DNA of 64,000 nucleotides from an uncultured Candidatus Saccharibacteria bacterium (GTDB taxonomy: Bacteria; Patescibacteriota; Minisyncoccia; Phycocordibacterales; JACOZG01): positions 6,306 to 70,305 of the forward strand of contig CAYNPK010000003.1 in NCBI GenBank assembly GCA_964399075.1, in the 5' to 3' direction. How positions within the stretch are numbered: the first letter of the stretch is position 1; every line of letters begins with the position of its first letter. The notes under the pieces are model-generated. The model made no database searches, had not been told where the DNA came from, and saw nothing but the letters and a program-made list of their open reading frames with translations. The translations under genes were made by a program, and so were the position numbers. Of the stretch, positions 46,391 to 54,313 are shown piece after piece.

Positions 46391-46940
46391 CTTTATTTTC
46401 GACCTCGAGATTTGAGGCATTAGTCCAAACGTTTTTAACATCCTCATGTTTGGTTAGATTCTCGATTAGGCTGCTTAATTTATTAATATCATCATTAGTT
46501 ACTTCAATTGTCGTTATAGATTGCCAGCCATCTTCAGTTTTTTTAAAAAACCAAATTGCCGCGCCTGGTGTAGCTAAGCTGGCGTTATTAATTGCCAGTA
46601 GATGTTTAATTTCTTGCCCGGTGCGATTGCGATTATTAGTGATGCCCTCAATAATTAGAGCCACTCCGCTTGGGCCATAAGCCTCATAGATAACTTCTTC
46701 TAAGTTGTTTTTATTGTCACTACTAGCGTTTCTGATTGCTCTCTCGATGGTGTCATTGGGTATATTTTCTGCTCGCGCCCTTTCTATCGCCTGGCGGACA
46801 GTAGGTAGATTGTGATCGCCGTTCGCCTTCTTTATTTCCATCGTGATTGTCTTCGCCAATAAGGAAAAGCGCCGACTTCGGCGGATATCTTCAGCTACCT
46901 TTCTTCTTTTTATTTGCGTCCACTTATTGTGTCCGGCCAT
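46383..46940 (-). CDS. YebC/PmpR family DNA-binding transcriptional regulator
   Basis: MAGHNKWTQIKRRK N-terminus is the family hallmark; conserved position between ruvC and ruvB. Confidence 0.8.
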   Translation of the reverse strand: MAGHNKWTQIKRRKVAEDIRRSRRFSLLAKTITMEIKKANGDHNLPTVRQAIERARAENIPNDTIERAIRNASSDNKNNLEEVIYEAYGPSGVALIIEGITNNRNRTGQEIKHLLAINNASLATPGAAIWFFKKTEDGWQSITTIEVTNDDINKLSSLIENLTKHEDVKNVWTNASNLEVENKDE

Positions 46941-46943
46941 GTT

Positions 46944-47954
46944 TTATAGCAAATTATTTTGTTGATTTTTAGGATAATCAAAGCCGAGATGGTCATACGA
47001 TTTTTTGGTTGCCGTGCGTCCCCGGGGAGTTCTTTCTAAGAATCCGCATTGGATCAAATATGGTTCATGTACCTCTTCAATCGTCGCCTCTTCTTCAGCC
47101 GTGGCGGTAGCGATAGTTCCCAGACCAACTGGTCCGCCATTAAACTTATCAATAATTGTTTCTAGAACCACTCTATCAGCTATCGATAATCCATATTGGT
47201 CAATTCCCAAGAGGTGGAGGGTGTCTCGCACAACTTGGCGGTTGATGGTTGTGTTATTAAGTTGAGCGTAATCACGACAACGCTTCAGGAACTGGTTGGC
47301 GATTCGTGGAGTAAACCGACTGCGAGCCGCGATTTCTTGAGCCGCCTCTTGATCAAGACTAACGTTTAAAATTTTTGCCGAACGGCTAATGATAGCACTA
47401 ATTTCTTCTTCCGTATAAAATTCTAAACGGAAAGTGCCACCGGAAAACCGTGATCTTAGGGGAGAGGAGAGCATCGCCATTCGGGTGGTAGCGGCAATGA
47501 GAGTAAATGGTGGCAAATCTAATTGGATTACTCTTGCTCCTGGTCCTTTGCCAATGATAATATTGAGAGTTCCCGATTCCATAGCGGGATACAAGACTTC
47601 TTCTATTAGTTTATTTAATCTATGGACCTCGTCAATAAAGAGAATGTCTCCTGGCGATAAATTAGTCAGAATAGAGGCCAGATCGCCAACTCTTTCCACT
47701 GCTGGACCAGAGGTCACCTTCATTTGAGCCCCCAATTCTTTAGCGATTAAGTGAGCTAGGGTAGTTTTACCTAAGCCCGGTGGGCCATAGAAAAGTAAGT
47801 GTTCGGGCGAGTGTTTGCGTTGTTGGGCCGCTTTCAGTAAGATTTTCAGGTTGTCTTTGATTGATTTTTGGCCAATATATTCTTCCCAGATAGTCGGACG
47901 TAGAGAACTATCTAGAAAGCGCTCATCTCTTTTTTGTGCATTGCTACTTGACAT
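46944..47954 (-). CDS. ruvB: Holliday junction branch-migration ATPase RuvB
   Basis: 336 aa; Walker A GPPGLGKTTLA, Walker B ILFIDEVHRL, sensor and winged-helix C-terminal domain. Confidence 0.9.
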   Translation of the reverse strand: MSSSNAQKRDERFLDSSLRPTIWEEYIGQKSIKDNLKILLKAAQQRKHSPEHLLFYGPPGLGKTTLAHLIAKELGAQMKVTSGPAVERVGDLASILTNLSPGDILFIDEVHRLNKLIEEVLYPAMESGTLNIIIGKGPGARVIQLDLPPFTLIAATTRMAMLSSPLRSRFSGGTFRLEFYTEEEISAIISRSAKILNVSLDQEAAQEIAARSRFTPRIANQFLKRCRDYAQLNNTTINRQVVRDTLHLLGIDQYGLSIADRVVLETIIDKFNGGPVGLGTIATATAEEEATIEEVHEPYLIQCGFLERTPRGRTATKKSYDHLGFDYPKNQQNNLL

Positions 47955-48183
47955 TGATATTGTGTTATGATATGATACGATCGAGGTAGTTAATTGTAAT
48001 CTTAATCGAGCTCATGAACCTCTAAGCAACTAAGCTTACGGGCTTAATCGGGTTTAATCGGAAGGACGAGGCAGTTTTTGTGTTTACATGCGATTGCTTC
48101 CTTTATCCTTGTGATTTTACCTAACTTCTCATTTTGAATGAAAAGGATTGCTTAGAGGTTTATGCTCTCGATTGTCAAAGAAC

Positions 48184-49875
48184 TTACAAAATTTCCTCGT
48201 TGATATCTATCACTCGGCCTAATTCTTCCAAACTGGTTACACCAACTAGCACTTTTAACACCCCGTCTTGTCTCATATCCAGAATGCCCTGGCTCTCGGC
48301 TTTGATTCTGATTTCGCGTTCATTCGGATTGGTGTTAACTAAATCAGCAACACTGCGATCAACTAGCACCGCCTCGAAGATTCCTTGTCTGCCTCGGAAG
48401 CCGGTTTGATTACATTGATCACAGCCAGTAGCGCGCCACAATCTTATTGTCTCGGGGACAGCCAGATCGGGGCGCTTCTTCTTGATACTGGCCACTATCG
48501 CTTCTAGTAATTTTTGTTCAGTTGGTGTCGGCGCTTCTTCTTTTTTGCAAACTGGACATAGCTTGCGCACTAGTCGTTGAGCAATAGTGATGTTAATTGC
48601 TGAGTCTAAAATTTTGGCTTCGATTCCCAAGTCTATCAAGCGGGGAATGGTTCCCGCGGCGTTATTGGTATGCAGAGTCGAGAAGACCAGATGTCCAGTC
48701 AGAGAAGAATTGATGGCGATTTTAGCCGTTTCTCTGTCACGGATCTCGCCAACCATGATAATGTCCGGATCTTGGCGCAAAGCACTGCGAAGTCCAGTCA
48801 AAAAAGTGTAATTTTTTTCCGGATTGACTTGAGTTTGGTTGATCCCTTTTAGATGATATTCAATCGGGTCCTCAATGGTAATAATTTTTGTGCCGGATGA
48901 GTTTACTTTGCGTAGGAAGGAGTACAGAGTAGTCGTTTTACCCGAGCCGGTGGGACCAGTCAGCAACACCATGCCGTTTGGTTTAGAAATTTCTTTGTCA
49001 ATGATAGTAAACAAGTGAGGCTCAATACCCAAAGTTTCAAAAGTGACTTGAATTGCTTTAGGATTGAGAATTCGTAAAACAATTGATTCGCCATAAGCGC
49101 CCGGCAAGATAGAAGTCCGAATTTCAATTTCGTCTTCGCCAATCTTAATACTCATCCGACCATCTTGAGCGCTTTGTTTGATATTTAACTTCAAACCGGA
49201 AATTAATTTTACTCGCGATAATAGCCCCTGATAGATTTTGTGGGGAAATTCGTTAATGTCATGGAGAACTCCGTCTAGGCGATAACGCATCCGCACTTGC
49301 TCGGCTTGAGGTTCAATATGGATATCCGAAGCCTCAGTTACCAGGCTACCAGCCAAAATAATTTCTAGTAAGCCAGAAATGCCACCCTCTTTGATCGCCA
49401 ATTGCACCTCTTGGTCCAGAGAATCTTGAATTTCTGATAAGTTTTTGTATTTAGCCACTAATTGGCTAACTTCTTCTGAAGATAGATCAATAATTCCGGC
49501 GTGGGTTCGGGAAGCCTTAGAAATTTCTTGATAACGAGACCAGGCTCGCTCCAGACTGGCCGGTGAGCCGAGATAGAGACTAAGGTTGAAGTTTTTATTC
49601 TTGAGGTCCTTACAAATAGCTTCAGTCTTGGGATTTTGAGGCGACAGAGTAACGAGAAAGAGATTTTTCCCGGTAATTTTGAAAGCTGCAACATTTGCAG
49701 CGCGAGCTTCAATTTCTGGAATTAGACGCAGAGCGTCAGTGTTGATGGCAAACTTGGAGAGATCAATGTAGGGGACTTGATATTTGGTTGATAAAACTTG
49801 CGCCAGCTGTTCCGCCTCCTCACTATAAAGTTCGGTAATCTTTTTTTCTTCTGTTTTATCATCAAACATCAACAT
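48184..49875 (-). CDS. pilB: GspE/PilB-family type II secretion / type IV pilus assembly ATPase
   Basis: 563 aa; Walker A LLTGPTGSGKTTTLY, Asp box, Walker B IIMVGEIRD, tetracysteine motif CPVC...CDQC. Confidence 0.85.
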   Translation of the reverse strand: MLMFDDKTEEKKITELYSEEAEQLAQVLSTKYQVPYIDLSKFAINTDALRLIPEIEARAANVAAFKITGKNLFLVTLSPQNPKTEAICKDLKNKNFNLSLYLGSPASLERAWSRYQEISKASRTHAGIIDLSSEEVSQLVAKYKNLSEIQDSLDQEVQLAIKEGGISGLLEIILAGSLVTEASDIHIEPQAEQVRMRYRLDGVLHDINEFPHKIYQGLLSRVKLISGLKLNIKQSAQDGRMSIKIGEDEIEIRTSILPGAYGESIVLRILNPKAIQVTFETLGIEPHLFTIIDKEISKPNGMVLLTGPTGSGKTTTLYSFLRKVNSSGTKIITIEDPIEYHLKGINQTQVNPEKNYTFLTGLRSALRQDPDIIMVGEIRDRETAKIAINSSLTGHLVFSTLHTNNAAGTIPRLIDLGIEAKILDSAINITIAQRLVRKLCPVCKKEEAPTPTEQKLLEAIVASIKKKRPDLAVPETIRLWRATGCDQCNQTGFRGRQGIFEAVLVDRSVADLVNTNPNEREIRIKAESQGILDMRQDGVLKVLVGVTSLEELGRVIDINEEIL

Positions 49876-50133
49876 GTTCTTAACTATAATATCATATCTA
49901 GCACGACTTTCAGAAAAAGCTATCTTGACCAGACTTTTATTTTGTATTTATTTGACAAATTTTTGTTAATTAATTTTTGCCATTAAACAATCGAGAGTAT
50001 TTTTCATTTATATTATTTTTTACTCTTCCAAGTGGTTCCAAGCTATTGAACCATTGCGCCCACTTGACAAAATAAGTAGACTATGCCAAGCTATATAGTG
50101 TTCAAAGTGATAGAGAGGGATAGTAAGAAGGAC

Positions 50134-50162
50134 TTGACAAGAGAGGTCAAAAGGTATATACT
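50134..50162 (+). promoter_or_regulatory. Consensus sigma70-type promoter (TTGACA-17-TATACT) reading into the high-GC island
   Basis: gacTTGACAagagaggtcaaaaggtaTATACTg; about 200 nt upstream of the island's first ATG (50362). Confidence 0.5.
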
Positions 50163-50361
50163 GTATGGAGTTACTGAAGTTTGGCCAGGACTTTGACAAT
50201 CGAATAGGATGAAGAGGTAAAAATAGAGAAATCTATTGTTATTCCTCAACGTCTGAATAAGAGATAGCGTAAAAACCTTAACCTTGTTCAGATTTGAGGG
50301 ATCGCAATGTTTGCGGTTCTTGGTTCCCGCCAACCGATGGCGAAGTGGCAAGGAGAGCAAC

Positions 50362-50934
50362 ATGAAAAAGATTGTTCTCGCCGGGCCGCCTCGGTCTGGC
50401 AAGAGCTGTGTGCGCGAAGGGCTGAAGCAGGCCATTCGCGCGATTCCCGGCAACGCGGTGTATCCGTATGTGATCACCGCTTGCCCCGACGGCGAAGGTT
50501 CGTGGTTCCAGGAAACTGTGAACAACGACCCAGAGCTGGCGGCGGCGTGCAAGGCGGCCTACAAGGCCAAGTTCACGCCGGAGTTCGTGAAGCGGGTTGC
50601 GGACTCCGTCCGCAATTGCTCGCTCGAGCTGACTCTCGTGGACATTGGAGGTATCACCTCCGTTGAAAACGAGGAGATCTGCAGTTCGGCGACGCACATT
50701 GTCATTCTCGCGAGCGACATGAGCAATGTCGCCGAGTGGCAGGAGTTTGCTCGGAAGGTCGGGCTCACTGTGGTGGCCGAGATTCACTCGGATTACCACG
50801 GCACGGAAGATGGCGTCGAGGGCGTTGGTCCCGACGGTATCCTTCGCGGGTCGGTTCACCACCTCGAACGAGGTGAAGTAGTGGCCGACCGTCCGATGAT
50901 CAAAGCTCTCGCAGACCATTTGCTGGCGATTTAA
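50362..50934 (+). CDS. P-loop NTPase of unrecognised family (190 aa), first gene of the high-GC island
   Basis: RBS aaggaga 7 nt upstream; Walker A KIVLAGPPRSGKSC, Walker B-like LELTLVDIGG; GC3-rich codon usage. Confidence 0.6.
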   Translation: MKKIVLAGPPRSGKSCVREGLKQAIRAIPGNAVYPYVITACPDGEGSWFQETVNNDPELAAACKAAYKAKFTPEFVKRVADSVRNCSLELTLVDIGGITSVENEEICSSATHIVILASDMSNVAEWQEFARKVGLTVVAEIHSDYHGTEDGVEGVGPDGILRGSVHHLERGEVVADRPMIKALADHLLAI

Positions 50935-51079
50935 TTCGCCAGGGTTGTGAGTCAGCCAAAAACTCTCATGGGAAACTGGAGAAGCCCATCTAATTCTTCT
51001 CCTCTCTGTTGAGTTCTTGAGAAGGTCTTGAGAACTCATTGAGAGGTTTGGGACCACTTGAAAAAGAAAGGAGTGTCCC

Positions 51080-51385
51080 ATGTCCACGTACAACATCAGC
51101 CTGACCGATGGCGTGCTCAAGGTGGGGTTCGGGGCTCCGGCCCAGAACGATCAGATCGTGAAGGATGCGGAGACGCGCCTCGACGAGATGATCTCCACCG
51201 GCGAGCTCGCGGGCGGTGACGTGATCCGGGTCAACGGCCCGGCCTCGCTCCCGGTCGCGATGGTGATCGCCCACAAGGTGGCGCACCTGTACGGCGCGGT
51301 GGCGTGCTTCGACCCCAAGCTGTCGAAGTACGTCGTGGCGATCAGCCACGACCCCGCCTACGTCGTGGGCGACCTGATCGACTAA
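51080..51385 (+). CDS. Hypothetical 101-aa protein, candidate partner of the P-loop NTPase
   Basis: RBS aaaggag 7 nt upstream of the ATG; high-GC codon usage; sequence MSTYNISLTDGVLKVGFGAPAQNDQIV...GGDVIRVNGPASLPVAMVIAHKV; no family recognised. Confidence 0.55.
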   Translation: MSTYNISLTDGVLKVGFGAPAQNDQIVKDAETRLDEMISTGELAGGDVIRVNGPASLPVAMVIAHKVAHLYGAVACFDPKLSKYVVAISHDPAYVVGDLID

Positions 51386-51895
51386 GTCGATCAGAAAAAT
51401 TCAGCAGTTCTTGTTACCGTTCTCTGTGGCAAAAGAATGGTAAGTCGGCAACGGCAGTGTTGCAAACATGGAAGAACAGAGCCTAAAAATTTTGTTCTTC
51501 CCCTTATTCAATTCATCACGTGTTGTGGTGAGTTGATTGGGAAAACGATTGAAAAAAGAAAAAAGAAAGGAGGCCAGCTCGACAAAGAACGTCGGGACGA
51601 TGGATATTGCAAACCTCGTTCCGAAGGGTGACGGGAACGCCGAGCTTGATTCGGCGATTCTGGAGGCCCAAAGGGCTTGCGCCGCTTACCGCGCAACGCA
51701 GGCGCAGGTGCAAGACTGGCGCAATCAGCCGGTCTATCCGTATTAGAAAGGAGGTTAGAGTTTGCTGAAAGATTCTCATCAAAAATCTTTCCCTTTTTAA
51801 GTTCATGAGCGATGTAGTTCGTGGACTTATTGGGATTTCACGCCCACGGGAACGGCTAAGGCCAAATCCCACGGGCAAGAATGGAGGAAAGTATA

Positions 51896-52657
51896 ATGCA
51901 GAATATTGAATGGTCGGATCAGATCGGTTCCCGCGGTCGGGGTGCGTGGCTCCTGTTCGTTAAAGGTGATGAGATCATTCCGTTCAGCGGAATGGATATC
52001 CCTGGCGTGGTTGTGGTCCGAGGAACGGACTACACCAAGAACGGTAAGTGGTCGCACACCACCTACCGGCTTCAGGTCGCGGACAGCGTGCGGCACATCG
52101 CCGGGCGCAACGGCTGGGAAACTGGCCGGTTCGTGGAAGGCCTCGGCTCTGCCGTTGGCTGTGCCACGCCCGACACGTGGGCGGACACAGCCAGTGCGCT
52201 CGGGGTTTCGGTGCCGAGCACGATGGAGTTCCTGCGGGCGTGGCGGCCAGGGGCCGCGGAGAAGTTGGATGAGGTCGAAGAGTCGTTGGCGAAACTGGAG
52301 GAAGTTTCCGAGCAGGAAACTGACTCCGTGATCGTCACCGTCTCGTTCGGCTCGCCGACCAACCGCGCCATCCGCGAGGGATACTGGGAGTGGCCAAAGG
52401 GCATCCCGGGATACGCCGCGGAGATCCGACTGAAGGATTCCGACAAGGGCTGGAGCGAGGGCAACATCACGGTCGTCGGAATCTCCGGCACCGTTCTCTC
52501 GGTCAAGCACTCGGCTGGTATGCACGGCGGTTACTACGCCGTGTCGGTCGCAGTTCTTCCAGGAACGGAGACCGAGATCCCGCCCTTCGAGACCGCCCAG
52601 GAAGTCGCCGAACCGCGGTTCGGCACTTGCTTGGGCGACTTGCTCAAGCGAGGATGA
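51896..52657 (+). CDS. Hypothetical 253-aa protein within the island (the track ORF starts 15 nt earlier)
   Basis: ggagga RBS 7 nt upstream of the second ATG; high-GC codon usage; no family recognised; followed by a strong terminator. Confidence 0.5.
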   Translation: MQNIEWSDQIGSRGRGAWLLFVKGDEIIPFSGMDIPGVVVVRGTDYTKNGKWSHTTYRLQVADSVRHIAGRNGWETGRFVEGLGSAVGCATPDTWADTASALGVSVPSTMEFLRAWRPGAAEKLDEVEESLAKLEEVSEQETDSVIVTVSFGSPTNRAIREGYWEWPKGIPGYAAEIRLKDSDKGWSEGNITVVGISGTVLSVKHSAGMHGGYYAVSVAVLPGTETEIPPFETAQEVAEPRFGTCLGDLLKRG

Positions 52658-52677
52658 AGAAGATGAAGTAGTTCTTT

Positions 52678-52733
52678 AGGAGGAGGGCGAGAGAGAATCG
52701 AAAAACGATCTCTCGTTCTCCTCCTCCTTTTTG
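52678..52733 (+). terminator. Rho-independent terminator
   Basis: Long GC-rich hairpin aggaggagggcgagagagaatcg-aaaaa-cgatctctcgttctcctcctcc followed by ttttt. Confidence 0.65.
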
Positions 52734-52804
52734 AAATCATCAGCGCGTTGCTGGTGGTTTCATTGGGAGAAGTTGTGAGTCAAATCTTTTTTGGAGGAAA
52801 AATC

Positions 52805-53008
52805 ATGAAGAGTTCTTTGACAGTTCTGTGTCTGTTTCTGCTGGTCGTGGGATTGCTCCTGACCACTAGCACCGGATGCGACCTGGTGATCCAGGCCGGT
52901 GGCGGTGGGGGTGGGTACCCGGTCGTGTACGACTATGGGTACTACGAGCCGGCCGTGGTCTACGACTACAGTTGGTACGACTACGGCTACTACGACTACT
53001 GGTGGTGA
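52805..53008 (+). CDS. Small Tyr/Trp/Asp-rich lipoprotein (67 aa)
   Basis: ggagga RBS; signal peptide with lipobox LTTSTGC; mature part GGGGGGYPVVYDYGYYEPAVVYDYSWYDYGYYDYWW. Confidence 0.5.
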   Translation: MKSSLTVLCLFLLVVGLLLTTSTGCDLVIQAGGGGGGYPVVYDYGYYEPAVVYDYSWYDYGYYDYWW

Positions 53009-53052
53009 CGAGGGGACTCGAGGGGACTTTCGTTCCCAGAAAGGAAACTACG

Positions 53053-53223
53053 ATGAAAAAGATTTCTTTTCTGATCGTGATGGTGCTGGTGGCGATCACT
53101 ACTGGTTGCGATTGGGAGTTCCGACCTGGTGGCCGTGTGTACGAGTCGATCCCTGTCATTTACAATGATGGGAACTACAACTGGTACAATTACGGCTATG
53201 GTTGGTACGTCACGGAGTACTGA
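53053..53223 (+). CDS. Small Tyr/Asn/Trp-rich lipoprotein paralog (56 aa)
   Basis: Signal peptide with lipobox AITTGC; mature part rich in N/Y/W (NDGNYNWYNYGYGWYVTEY); preceded by the same hairpin-plus-RBS motif as the next gene. Confidence 0.45.
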   Translation: MKKISFLIVMVLVAITTGCDWEFRPGGRVYESIPVIYNDGNYNWYNYGYGWYVTEY

Positions 53224-53262
53224 CGTGATGAGGGGACTTTCGTCCCCAGAAAGGAGAATGAG

Positions 53263-53802
53263 ATGAAAACGCTCACTTCTTTGGTGATTGTGGCGATGAT
53301 TCTGGGAACGGCTTCGACGGCTTCGGCTGGTGAGAGAAGCCACCGCCATCGGCCGGTCTTCGTTCGCTCGGCACCGGTGGTGCGGGTAGTCCGCCCTCCC
53401 GTGGTGGTGCATCGGCGCCCGGTCTACAGACCGATGCCGGTGTACTACGCCCCTCCGCCGATGGTGCGGGTGGTCCGTCCGGTGCCGGTGGTTTACCACC
53501 ATCGGCCTACCACCTTAGAGGGAGTGGCTGGCATCGTTGGCGTTGCTCTTGGTGGTGCGGCGGACATTGTCGCCGTTAGCCGTCAGAGCTCGCCGACGAT
53601 GATCGCGCCCATGCCCCTGCCGGCACCCCCTCCGCCCTATCAGGTGGAGGCGCCACCTGCTGGGTTCGTTGAGACCGGTCGGCGCTACCACAAACATGGT
53701 GGTGACACTGGCCGTCTCGACTACATCAAGGGATGGCTCAATGGGAGGGAGGTCAAGGTCGAATACAACGACTTTGGCCAGATTGAAGAGATTGATGACT
53801 AG
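53263..53802 (+). CDS. Secreted Pro/Val/Arg-rich repeat protein (179 aa)
   Basis: Signal peptide MKTLTSLVIVAMILGTASTASA; PVVRVVRP-type repeats (RPVFVRSAPVVRVVRPPVVVHRRPVYRPMPVYY...MVRVVRPVPVVY); C-terminal globular part. Confidence 0.5.
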   Translation: MKTLTSLVIVAMILGTASTASAGERSHRHRPVFVRSAPVVRVVRPPVVVHRRPVYRPMPVYYAPPPMVRVVRPVPVVYHHRPTTLEGVAGIVGVALGGAADIVAVSRQSSPTMIAPMPLPAPPPPYQVEAPPAGFVETGRRYHKHGGDTGRLDYIKGWLNGREVKVEYNDFGQIEEIDD

Positions 53803-53826
53803 TGAGCCGGGAGGTCTCGCTGTCAC

Positions 53827-53867
53827 ACACGCGCCTACTGCTTTCGAGCGGTGGGCGTGTTTTTTTG
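53827..53867 (+). terminator. Rho-independent terminator closing the high-GC island
   Basis: Hairpin cacgcgcc-(loop)-ggtgggcgtg followed by ttttttt; low-GC tsaE begins 15 nt later. Confidence 0.6.
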
Positions 53868-53881
53868 CTAAAATAATTTAG

Positions 53882-54313
53882 ATGAAGACTTTAAGTCACA
53901 ATGAACAAGAAACTCTTGGAGTGGTTAAGACTCTTCTTGGCTCTCTGAAGCCGGATTCTTCTTCTGCTACAATCTTAGGCTTAATTGGTGATCTAGGATC
54001 AGGTAAAACCACTTTTACTCAACTTCTGGCTCAAGAATTGGGAGTGACCGAGTCGGTTACTAGTCCGACTTTTGTGTTGGAGAAAATTTATCCTCTAAGT
54101 AATCAGGCTTTTAATCGTCTTGTTCACATTGATGCTTATCGATTGGATAAATCGGAAGAATTATCGCAACTTGGTTGGGATCAATTGATTCGCGATAAGG
54201 GTAATTTAATTGTGGTTGAGTGGGCTGACCGGGTGGCCTCAATTCTTCCGTCTCGTCATCTTAAAATACATTTTCGCTTTATTGATTTAACCACGCGTGA
54301 AATCTCATGGTAA
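53882..54313 (+). CDS. tsaE: tRNA threonylcarbamoyladenosine biosynthesis protein TsaE (YjeE)
   Basis: 143 aa; P-loop GDLGSGKTTFTQ, SPTFVL motif; TsaE length. Confidence 0.8.
   Translation: MKTLSHNEQETLGVVKTLLGSLKPDSSSATILGLIGDLGSGKTTFTQLLAQELGVTESVTSPTFVLEKIYPLSNQAFNRLVHIDAYRLDKSEELSQLGWDQLIRDKGNLIVVEWADRVASILPSRHLKIHFRFIDLTTREISW

Noticed and set aside
48134-48852. Small plus-strand ORFs (48134-48409, 48587-48811, 48670-48852) within pilB
   Set aside because: They are antisense or alternative frames of a well-supported GspE/PilB ATPase gene.
50278-53502. Long minus-strand ORFs inside the high-GC island (50278-51120, 50990-51349, 51827-52525, 52072-52506, 52996-53502 and others)
   Set aside because: High-GC DNA yields long stop-free frames on the opposite strand. 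These are R/G/P-rich low-complexity translations, lack RBSs, and overlap the coherent plus-strand genes that do have RBSs and terminators.
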